Shown here piece by piece: positions 1 through 9,508 of a DNA stretch of 9,508 bases (position 1 is the stretch's first letter; each line of letters opens with the position of its first letter). The translations under genes were made by a program, and so were the position numbers. Source of the DNA: Amoeboradix gromovi X-113 (taxonomy: Eukaryota > Fungi > Sanchytriomycota); the NCBI GenBank assembly GCA_018985225.1, contig JADGIF010000386.1, forward strand, positions 1 through 9,508, read 5' to 3'. A model generated the notes under the pieces. It saw nothing but the letters and a program-made list of their open reading frames with translations, was not told where the DNA came from and did no database searches.

Positions 1-418
1 GGTCTAGCTTTGCTGGTTTCTCTGAGTAGATTCCTGATTCACGATTAAACCAGGACTATTGTTGATGAGCAGTCTTCCATCTGTAATTCATGATTATCAT
101 ATTGATGTTCTGCCGTTTTTATGGAGACCTGAACCTCTTATGTAGGAATGACAGCATCACTATTGCTGTGAAATGGCTCATTATTAGATGAGAAATGTTT
201 AAGATCGTTTTACCAAAGTCTTGCACCAGCATGTCCGTGTCGTAGTTGAGATGATTTTTTTGATTCTGAGTTATGAGTCTACTGGTAAACCCATTAACAC
301 TCAAAAAGGCAGTTGGGCACTTTTTCTTCATAGCTTCAGAGCCAGTGATACGAAACACTCAATAAGGAGTTTGCGCTAGCACTATATAACAAAACCGCAC
401 ATTGAAGTGATTATAAAT

Positions 419-2464
<2,046 letters not shown>

Positions 2465-2493
2465 TAAATCAACCTTAATTACTTCAAGCTGTT

Positions 2494-2509
2494 TTTATTA
2501 ATTAATAAA
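2494..2509. terminator. Palindromic, possibly bidirectional polyadenylation element between convergent genes
   Basis: Perfect 16-bp palindrome TTTATTAATTAATAAA with AATAAA on both strands, inside the 50-nt gap between the stops at 2464 (+) and 2515 (-). Confidence 0.45.
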
Positions 2510-2514
2510 TTTGT

Positions 2515-2910
2515 TTACTCCACCCAGTATTTAGGGCATAAATCGGTGGCACAATCATTGCATTCTTGGTCAGTGGCACCGCATCCGCATCCACACCTGC
2601 CCACGCAATTCTTGCATTGAATACCATCGGTGCAGCACTTCTTACCACAGCAATTTTGACAATTGGAGCATTGTGAAGGTTTATCCAGCGCTTCTATCTC
2701 AAAAGTACAGCATTCTTTAGGTTGGTGATAGCAATAAATTATTTTTCCGCGAAAGTCATATTTCTGTAAATCTGTTGGGCTCCCTCTTTTCGGTCTGCCT
2801 TTTGGTTTTAGTTCCCATAATTCTACTGAATCGATATGATCACAATAGCTGGTTCTGTGGCCGGATATACATTTATTACAACTTAGTTTAATAGGGCCTA
2901 GGGTTATCAT
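2515..2910 (-). CDS. Copper-fist DNA-binding protein (Ace1/Cup2, Mac1, Haa1 family) with metallothionein-like C-terminus, 131 aa
   Basis: The N-terminus MITLGPIKLSCNKCISGHRTSYCDH...KPKGRP matches the copper-fist pattern (K-x2-C-x2-C-I-x-G-H-R-x3-C-x-H...KGRP), which starts at the initiator Met, hence ATG 2910. It has 20 Cys, 14 of them in the C-terminal ~50 aa. Confidence 0.9.
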   Translation of the reverse strand: MITLGPIKLSCNKCISGHRTSYCDHIDSVELWELKPKGRPKRGSPTDLQKYDFRGKIIYCYHQPKECCTFEIEALDKPSQCSNCQNCCGKKCCTDGIQCKNCVGRCGCGCGATDQECNDCATDLCPKYWVE

Positions 2911-3402
2911 AATAGAAGTTGGAAGGGGAGGATTCAAATACTATTATTTGGGAAGATGATTGGCTAAAACCGATTATAACCCCATAAGCTGCAATCAATT
3001 TTAATTTAAAAATGAAAAGAAAGACACATTTAGTTGCGCACTAAAGAAAGTTCATAAGAGTAAACAATGATCTATTCACTTGGTGGAAAGCATCGGGGAA
3101 TGACTACAGACTATAATACTTCTAGATTGTGCTATAGCTCTCTCGGAAATGTAGCTGGTGTAATGATTCAGTCTGGGAGGGGTGATCCAGTACGCCAATT
3201 TATACAGTGTAATCGAGTGGTATTTTATGATGTGATTGTACGCTGCAATTGTCATTCAATCATTGAAAGTATTGTAAAAAAGTCATAAGACTATGCTTGG
3301 AAGGAGCCATAATGGTAATATTCTGCTTATTTTTTTTGGAAATGATATGAGAAACTTCTGTAAAACGAGTCTAGTTTTGTAGTATCCGTTTATAAGTGAG
3401 AA

Positions 3403-4299
3403 TTAATTTATTGGAAATGTGTTTTTTATTCTGTGATAAGCAAAGCTCATCACTCTATAGCCTTGTCCAAGTGTCATGGTAGATTTACAGTCTGTGTAGT
3501 CCATAACGTTGGTTAATAAATCTAAGGATTTCTTTTTATTTTTTGCTCTGCAGGTGTCCATCTGAGCATCGCATTGCCACTCAAAGGACTGCAAAATTCC
3601 GCTTGATTCAGACACACTTCTTAGGTTACTATCAACTTTTGGGGTGTCAGTAACATAATCACCAGGTCCTTGACCACATCCTCCCTCAAACACATGGAAT
3701 AAACCTAGCCAATGACCACTTTCATGAGCTAGGACCTTAGCTAAATCTTCATCAGAATGCTCGATACTGTTTTCGTTAATAAATATAGCATCACTATACT
3801 GACCCACGGATGGCATTAAAGTCCAACCGTCTATTTGCTTTTCGTTTTTATCTGAAATGATACTAAATATGTTGAGAACATTGCTCTTTTTGTTTCCGTG
3901 CTCTAGAAACAACTCGTATTGTAATTTCTCATCACTAGCAGTTACTGTAGCAGAATCAATTTTAGCTCCCTTGAGGAGAGTGAATGATATTGGGATGCCG
4001 TTTGACTGGTAAAATCTATTCAAGTACGAAATGATTTGGTTTGCCTTTTCCGAGCTAAAACTATTCATATGAACCCAATTGACTGGAAACTCAACAGTCT
4101 GAGTATTTTCATTAAAATTAGTGCTTGAATCTGAGCTTAATTCATTAAAGATCTGCTGAATCCCCTCCTCAAATGAGCCAGAAACCGGTTCATAATATCT
4201 CTCAACTAACTTTAGAGATCGTTTACTAACTCGTCTATCCAATGCTTGACTAGTCAAGCAGTTAAACTTGACAGCTTCCAATAGCAAGATCCAAATCAT
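3403..4299 (-). CDS. Metzincin metalloprotease, family M43 (ulilysin/pappalysin-like fungal type), 298 aa, probably secreted
   Basis: Zinc-binding motif HESGHWLGLFH (3694-3726), followed by FEGGC..GDYVTDTP and the Met-turn NVMDYTDC..TLGQ. It has a short hydrophobic N-terminus (MIWILLL) and a candidate cysteine-switch (FNCLT). Confidence 0.92.
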   Translation of the reverse strand: MIWILLLEAVKFNCLTSQALDRRVSKRSLKLVERYYEPVSGSFEEGIQQIFNELSSDSSTNFNENTQTVEFPVNWVHMNSFSSEKANQIISYLNRFYQSNGIPISFTLLKGAKIDSATVTASDEKLQYELFLEHGNKKSNVLNIFSIISDKNEKQIDGWTLMPSVGQYSDAIFINENSIEHSDEDLAKVLAHESGHWLGLFHVFEGGCGQGPGDYVTDTPKVDSNLRSVSESSGILQSFEWQCDAQMDTCRAKNKKKSLDLLTNVMDYTDCKSTMTLGQGYRVMSFAYHRIKNTFPIN

Positions 4300-4447
4300 T
4301 TATTAAGAATAAAATTATCTTCATAATAAACCTTGAAATCAGACTTCGCAGGTAAAACTTTACACAATCAGATATCATGGGAATTTCAGCAAATTGCAGA
4401 AAACTGGAATCACAATACATTTACTGTCTCGCTGTCCATCGAAGCCT

Positions 4448-4609
4448 TTACTTCTTATGGAACATCAAAAATGGCAAGTCTTCCGTATTATTTGGGGTTT
4501 TACCATGCAATCTTTTATATAGTTCCATGCCAATTAATATGGTACATGTTCCGCTGAATACTGCCTGTATCAAATATTTGCTTGCTCTTTGATCTATTCT
4601 TTGTTTCAT
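4448..4609 (-). CDS. Possible small single-pass membrane protein, 53 aa (56 aa from ATG 4618); not in the ORF track
   Basis: MKQRIDQRASKYLIQAVFSGTCTILIGMELYKRLHGKTPNNTEDLPFLMFHKK*: basic N-terminus, one moderately hydrophobic stretch, and a stop embedded in AGTAAA like neighbouring genes. No homology recognised. Confidence 0.3.
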   Translation of the reverse strand: MKQRIDQRASKYLIQAVFSGTCTILIGMELYKRLHGKTPNNTEDLPFLMFHKK

Positions 4610-4626
4610 GGGATACATTCCAAAAC

Positions 4627-6603
4627 ATGAAATTTCATTCTACCGCAGTTGATCAACAGCTTTTGAACAATGTGGAAAAGATATACACCACTAGTAACGT
4701 CCTCATTATATATACAGGAGGTACCATAGGGATGCAACAAACTACAAACCACGGTTATATTCCGGTCCCTAAGCATTTGCAGCATTTACTGTCTAGTATG
4801 ATTCAATTCCATGATCCTTTGCACACCTACAAGCCTGTTGATTCCCCTGTAATTGATAAGTTTCCCAACTATGAATTGCAGCTATTATGTAGGGTCAAAG
4901 ATAAAGATATTTATTTACCAGCTTTAAAAACTCCGCCTTCACTTTTTAATAAAAGTATTGTGTACTCTATACTGGAATATGATCCTTTGCTAGATTCATC
5001 CAACCTGTCTATGCAGAATTGGATTGAGATTGCTACTGATATAAAAAACAACTACGACAACTTTGATGCTTTTCTTATACTGCATGGGACTGACACTATG
5101 GCTTATACTGCTTCTGCACTGTCTTTCATGCTTGAGAACCTTGGCAAAACGGTGATACTAACAGGCTCTCAGATTCCGCTTTCAGAGGTTCGCAATGATG
5201 CTGTTTATAATCTTCTTGGTGCTTTGACTATTTGTGGCCACTATCTAATCCCTGAGGTATCTCTCTACTTTGATAACAAGTTGTTTCGCGGCAACAGATC
5301 CACTAAAATTGATACTACTCAATTTGATGCATTTGATAGTCCCAACTGCGCTCCATTGGTTGTGATGGGTATCAAAATCAATGTTAACTGGTCTATTGTT
5401 TGGAAACCTCTAGATCTAAGTCCTTTTAAAGTTCACACGGCAATGTCTTCTGAAGTCGCCTGTTTACGCATATTTCCAGGATTGCAGGGTAAGACTATTG
5501 AAGCGTTTATCAGCAGTGGTATCAAAGGCATCGTTTTGGAGTCCTTTGGGTGTGGGAATATTCCTAGCAATCGTCCGGACATCCTAGAAGCACTACAGGA
5601 TGCTTTTAAAAATGGGGTTATTATAATCAACTGCACTCAATGTGGCAAGGGATCTGTAATTGACTCTTATGAGACGGGTGCGGTACTAAATAAGGTCGGA
5701 GTTATTCCTGGTAACGACATGACCGTAGAGTGTGCACTTACTAAACTAAGTTACTTACTAGGTAAACAACTACCTTTGCAGAGCATTCGTGAGCTCTTGA
5801 AGTCTTCTTTACGCGGTGAATTGAGTATACCCGAAATTGATCAATTTTCAATAAAATCAAATGCCATAACAAACGTACTTGACAAAGTACTAGGTAATAG
5901 TACCGCTAGCACACTGGAAGCAACAAGTGCAGGAGCGGAGTCCTTAAAAAGAGCCCTCTACCCTGGCTTGTTTATCACTGCTTGTTCTACAAATAATATC
6001 AAAGCTATCAACGATATGTTGGATGATTATAAACCAGACACCAACTGGTTAATCAACTCATCGGATTACGATAGTAGAACTCCGCTACACATAGCTTGTA
6101 CGAAGGGACATCTTGAGACGGTAAAGATATTACTGATTCACGGTGCATATGTGCATTCAAAAGATGTGTTTGGACATACGAGCATCTTTTATGCTCTGAA
6201 ATTTAAACTTTATAGCATTGTAGATCTGCTGCTTGAAAGTGGTGCCAAACTAGCAATCCCGGCTGTAACAACAAGGAGAATAAACAATAAAATTTTACAT
6301 GTAGATGGATTAGAAGTTACAGACATGATGATGCAATTTGTAATAGACGACGATATAGATATGCTGCAGCTATTTATAAGATGTGGAGCAGATATCAACG
6401 TAGGAAATGTACAAGGACAAACATTGCTACATATTTCCAGCGGATTGGCAAGACTAGAGATTGTAGAACTGTTAATAAAGAAAAAAATAGATGTCAATCT
6501 AACAGATGCATATGGTGAGAAAGCAAGGGACGTTGCAGCACGATGTGGACAAGCCAGAGTACTAAACATACTCGATGCTGGGAACGAATTTGCGAATAAA
6601 TGA
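4627..6603 (+). CDS. ASPG: Type I L-asparaginase with C-terminal ankyrin repeats (60-kDa lysophospholipase/ASPG-type), 658 aa
   Basis: Active-site motifs IYTGGTIGM, LLDSSN, ILHGTDTMAYTASALSF, TGSQIP and GNDMTVECALTKLSYLLG, followed by ankyrin repeats. The first in-frame ATG is at 4627 (the ORF-track start at 4582 is TTG). Confidence 0.94.
   Translation: MKFHSTAVDQQLLNNVEKIYTTSNVLIIYTGGTIGMQQTTNHGYIPVPKHLQHLLSSMIQFHDPLHTYKPVDSPVIDKFPNYELQLLCRVKDKDIYLPALKTPPSLFNKSIVYSILEYDPLLDSSNLSMQNWIEIATDIKNNYDNFDAFLILHGTDTMAYTASALSFMLENLGKTVILTGSQIPLSEVRNDAVYNLLGALTICGHYLIPEVSLYFDNKLFRGNRSTKIDTTQFDAFDSPNCAPLVVMGIKINVNWSIVWKPLDLSPFKVHTAMSSEVACLRIFPGLQGKTIEAFISSGIKGIVLESFGCGNIPSNRPDILEALQDAFKNGVIIINCTQCGKGSVIDSYETGAVLNKVGVIPGNDMTVECALTKLSYLLGKQLPLQSIRELLKSSLRGELSIPEIDQFSIKSNAITNVLDKVLGNSTASTLEATSAGAESLKRALYPGLFITACSTNNIKAINDMLDDYKPDTNWLINSSDYDSRTPLHIACTKGHLETVKILLIHGAYVHSKDVFGHTSIFYALKFKLYSIVDLLLESGAKLAIPAVTTRRINNKILHVDGLEVTDMMMQFVIDDDIDMLQLFIRCGADINVGNVQGQTLLHISSGLARLEIVELLIKKKIDVNLTDAYGEKARDVAARCGQARVLNILDAGNEFANK
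6058..6580 (+). repeat. Ankyrin repeats (about four, in two pairs) within the asparaginase CDS
   Basis: DYDSRTPLHIACTKGHLETVKILLIHGA / DVFGHTSIFYA...IVDLLLESGA / GADINVGNVQGQTLLHIS...IVELLIKKKIDVN / DAYGEKARDVA. Confidence 0.85.
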
Positions 6604-6794
6604 CTTTGATTTAAAAATAATGCTTGCTCATATGCCCCTCGACTGTTACTTATTTTTACTAGCTATTTAAGTTATATTGATTCCAAAAAAACTACACTTA
6701 AAACTGATTTGCTTGAGCGCATCTTTGAATTTGCCTCTTACCTGTGTTATGATATACTTTGGTTTGCAGATGTAAATTCTATAGCATTTACTTT

Positions 6795-8223
6795 TTAATC
6801 CTCTGGTCCGATCATCTTTTCAGGTTTAACCCATTCATCAAATTGGTCGCTAGTCAATAGTTTTAATGAAATAGCTGCTTCTTTAAGAGTGGTTCCTTCC
6901 TTGTGTGCTTTCTTAGCAGCTTTTGCTGCGTTATCATACCCTATGTTAATTTTTATTACCAATAAAAGGGTTTAAAGCGGTGACCAGCATTAAAGACTGA
7001 TTCATAATTGATTTAATTCTCTCTTTGTTGGCTGCGATACCTACAACACAATGCTCGGTGAATGATTTGGAACCATCGGCTAACAATCGAATGCTCTGCA
7101 GAAGATTTCTAATCATCACGGGTTTAAACACATTCAACTCGAAATGACCATTGCTTCCACCTATAGATATGGCAACGTTGTTGCCAATAACCTGAGCGCA
7201 GATCATAGTCATCGCTTCACACTGAGTAGGATTAACTTTTCCGGGCATTATAGAGCTACCGGGTTCATTCTCTGGTAAACTTAACTCACCAAGTCCGCAG
7301 CGAGGACCGCTTCCTAGCAGTCTAATATCATTAGCAATCTTCATTAATGAGCAGGCTAAAGTGTTTAAAGCACCGCTGGCAAATACAATAGCATCCTTGG
7401 AGGCTAATGCTTCAAATTTATTTGGTGCAGTAACAAAAGGTAAACCAGTTAAATCTGCAATTTGCTTTGCCACAATAGCATCATACCCACGCTTAGTGTT
7501 TAAGCCAGTGCCAACAGCAGTACCACCAAGCGCTAAATAGTGCAAATGCGGCAAAGCGTACTCGACTCTTTCAATTCCAAGGTTTATTTGCTGAACATAT
7601 CCGCTAAATTCTTGCCCCAATGTCAATGGAGTGGCATCTTGCAAATGGGTGCGTCCAATTTTGATCACATCTTCAAATTCCTCAGATTTAGCGTGTAATG
7701 CGTTTTTCAACTGTTTTAACGCCGGAATGAGATCTTTAGTAATTGAAATAGCAGCCGCAATGTGCATTGCGGTAGGAAATGTATCATTGGAGCTCTGGCC
7801 CATATTAACATGATCATTTGGATGAATTGGAGATTTAGAACCCATTTTCCCACCCACCATTTCAATAGCACGATTACTAATAACTTCATTACAGTTCATG
7901 TTACTTTGAGTACCACTACCGGTCTGATATGTAACTAATGGAAAATGTTCATCTAACTTGCCATCTATAACTTCATCACAGGCCTTAACGATGACCTCGT
8001 ATTTGCTGCCCAGCTTTTCTTTGTTTATCATAGCACAAGCTTTCTTTAAAATACCGAAAGCATGAATTACTTTAATGGGCATCTTGTCTGTTGAATCACC
8101 GATTTTAAAATTCATGAGGCTGCGTTGAGTTTGTGCACCATAGTACATATTGCTGGGTACACTTAGCTCTCCAAAAGTATCTTTCTCTATTCGGGTTGCC
8201 ATCCGTCTCAGTAAAGTTAACAT
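6795..8223 (-). CDS. FUM1: Class II fumarate hydratase, two exons: join(8223..6960, 6940..6795), 469 aa from ATG 8223
   Basis: [48 protein letters not shown] and the signature [15 protein letters not shown] are all present. After removing 6941-6959 the frame continues [54 protein letters not shown], the canonical C-terminal domain. Other in-frame ATGs lie at 8280 and 8202. Confidence 0.97.
6941..6959 (-). other. 19-nt spliceosomal GT-AG intron (phase 1) in fumarase
   Basis: The minus strand reads ATT G|GTAATAAAAATTAACATAG|GG TAT GAT. It has a GTA donor, a TTAAC branch-like motif and a TAG acceptor. Excision gives I-G-Y-D with no indel against the family consensus LNPxIGYD. Confidence 0.92.
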
Positions 8224-8336
8224 GTCTCCGTTCGGAAAAATGAAAAATGCTAAATTAAAATAGCCGATATTCGAGCGCATGTCAGGATTGAACCTATTTA
8301 GGTCAAAAAAATTAGAAAATTAAATACATTTGTTTA

Positions 8337-9344
8337 CTACTTCCAAAAAAAGTCTTGTTCCACATCAATTTCCTGTTCGTGACTTTTGTCTTTCTTCTTT
8401 TTTAAAGACACTTTAACCTTTCTTTTTATATGCTCACGTTCTGATTTTTCTACAATCTTTTGTTTTTGTTTTTCGACTAATTCAGTATGTTCGTATTCTC
8501 TAATTTTCTTGTCCAGAGCTTTTCTAATCTTTGACTGTTCTTTGTACGGTATTTTATCAAACTTTTCCATGATTTCGTTTACTTTAGATTCAATCTCGCC
8601 TAACATTTGAAAAGTGTTTAACAGTTGTTCGGGTCCAACGCAAGATTTGTAAACACGCTGAACTACATGATTCAAATCAGACACATCCACTAAAGTATCT
8701 GGCTTGTATTTTACAAAATGCTTGTTGCTGTCTTCCTGACACTCCAACTTGTCTTCAACTATACGTTTTTCGACAACCTCCACTAAACACTCCTTCAATT
8801 GGCGCTGCTGAATTTGCTGGAACTTCAAGAGTAGTTCCAAGTTTTCCTGTTCTAATTTCGACATGAACTGTGTCAGTTCCAAAGGATTCCAGTCTTTATT
8901 ACCTAGCCTATTGAAGAATTCCTGATACTCCTCCAATTCTTTTAGCACATCGTGTTTCTTTGCGATTTCATTTCGTAGTACTTGTGTTTGAGTGGTTAGT
9001 TGTTTTGCTTCGTTCACTTTCTCTTGCTTCATTTTAGATTCAAGTTCAGCCCTTTTTATAGCATCAATACAAACCTTATCACTTTGCTTTAAATATTCAT
9101 TAAACTTAGAAGAGTCATCTCTCAAGCTCAACAGATCTAGATCCATTTGCTTTTCTTCACTAGAAATTTGGTTTTCAATGTGTGTTATTTCTTTCTTTTT
9201 TAACTCGATATCATGCTGCAAATAATGAATTTCTCTTTTTCTATCTTTGTACTCATCAATATATTCTTTGCAGAATTTGTAATTCTTGACTATTGACTGA
9301 TTTAACATTTCATTTGCAGCACCCACATAGTCTTGTTCCTGCAT
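8337..9344 (-). CDS. CFAP100: CFAP100/CCDC37-CCDC38 family (DUF4200) axonemal coiled-coil protein, 335 aa
   Basis: Coiled coil with the family pattern KREIHYLQHDIELKKKEI, DDSSKFNEYLKQSDK, AIKRAELESKMKQEKVNE, YQEFFNRL, LEQENLELL, VQRVYKSCVG, QMLGEIE and an acidic-aromatic end EQDFFWK. Tandem stops TAG TAA. Confidence 0.8.
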   Translation of the reverse strand: MQEQDYVGAANEMLNQSIVKNYKFCKEYIDEYKDRKREIHYLQHDIELKKKEITHIENQISSEEKQMDLDLLSLRDDSSKFNEYLKQSDKVCIDAIKRAELESKMKQEKVNEAKQLTTQTQVLRNEIAKKHDVLKELEEYQEFFNRLGNKDWNPLELTQFMSKLEQENLELLLKFQQIQQRQLKECLVEVVEKRIVEDKLECQEDSNKHFVKYKPDTLVDVSDLNHVVQRVYKSCVGPEQLLNTFQMLGEIESKVNEIMEKFDKIPYKEQSKIRKALDKKIREYEHTELVEKQKQKIVEKSEREHIKRKVKVSLKKKKDKSHEQEIDVEQDFFWK

Positions 9345-9508
9345 TATGTTTCATTCAATATTAAAAAAGCAAGAACAATCACTGTTGAAAAGCACATCAA
9401 TTTAGTGCGCTGGACAGAATGCACCTTAGAGATGGGACACCAAATATAAAAACTAGACTAACTCGTTTTTAAAGGAGGTGCTCCATACGGAGGAAATGCT
9501 ATCATTAA

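Noticed and set aside
165-190. AATGGCTCATTA resembling the 5' region of 18S rRNA
   Set aside because: Only about 12 nt match and the flanks do not continue as rRNA.
119-358. 79-aa minus-strand ORF, and a possible 17-nt GTAGACTCATAACTCAG intron within it
   Set aside because: GTG start and no recognisable motif; the candidate splice leads quickly to a stop.
3035-3045. TGCGCAC (matches metazoan MRE core TGCRCNC) and the 10-mer GCGCACTAAA repeated inverted at 9401-9410
   Set aside because: MTF-1/MRE is an animal system, and single short matches are expected by chance.
3067-3288. 73-aa ORF, or a tRNA-like GC-richer patch around 3140-3200
   Set aside because: No protein motif; no T-loop GTTC consensus or cloverleaf could be built.
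6946-8280. Fumarase as a truncated or frameshifted pseudogene
   Set aside because: The downstream exon is intact and a clean GT-AG excision restores the consensus exactly.

Overview
This is an AT-rich, very gene-dense eukaryotic nuclear window (about 80% coding, standard genetic code). It holds seven recognisable protein genes: KRR1 (-), a degenerate GnT-I/GT13-like protein with a Cys-rich tail (+), a small copper-fist (Ace1/Mac1-family) factor with a metallothionein-like tail (-), an M43 metalloprotease (-), an asparaginase-ankyrin protein (+), class II fumarase (-) and a CFAP100/CCDC38-like axonemal coiled-coil protein (-). A copper-fist factor together with a flagellar gene suggests a zoosporic early-diverging fungus or close relative (inference). 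The main result is a 19-nt GT-AG intron in fumarase (6941-6959, GTAATAAAAATTAACATAG) whose removal restores the conserved C-terminal domain exactly. In addition, all seven genes have an A(A/G/T)TAAA hexamer overlapping or abutting the stop codon. Together these point to a miniaturised mRNA-processing system. No rRNA, tRNA, CRISPR array or mobile element was found. All family assignments are from recalled motifs, not database searches.
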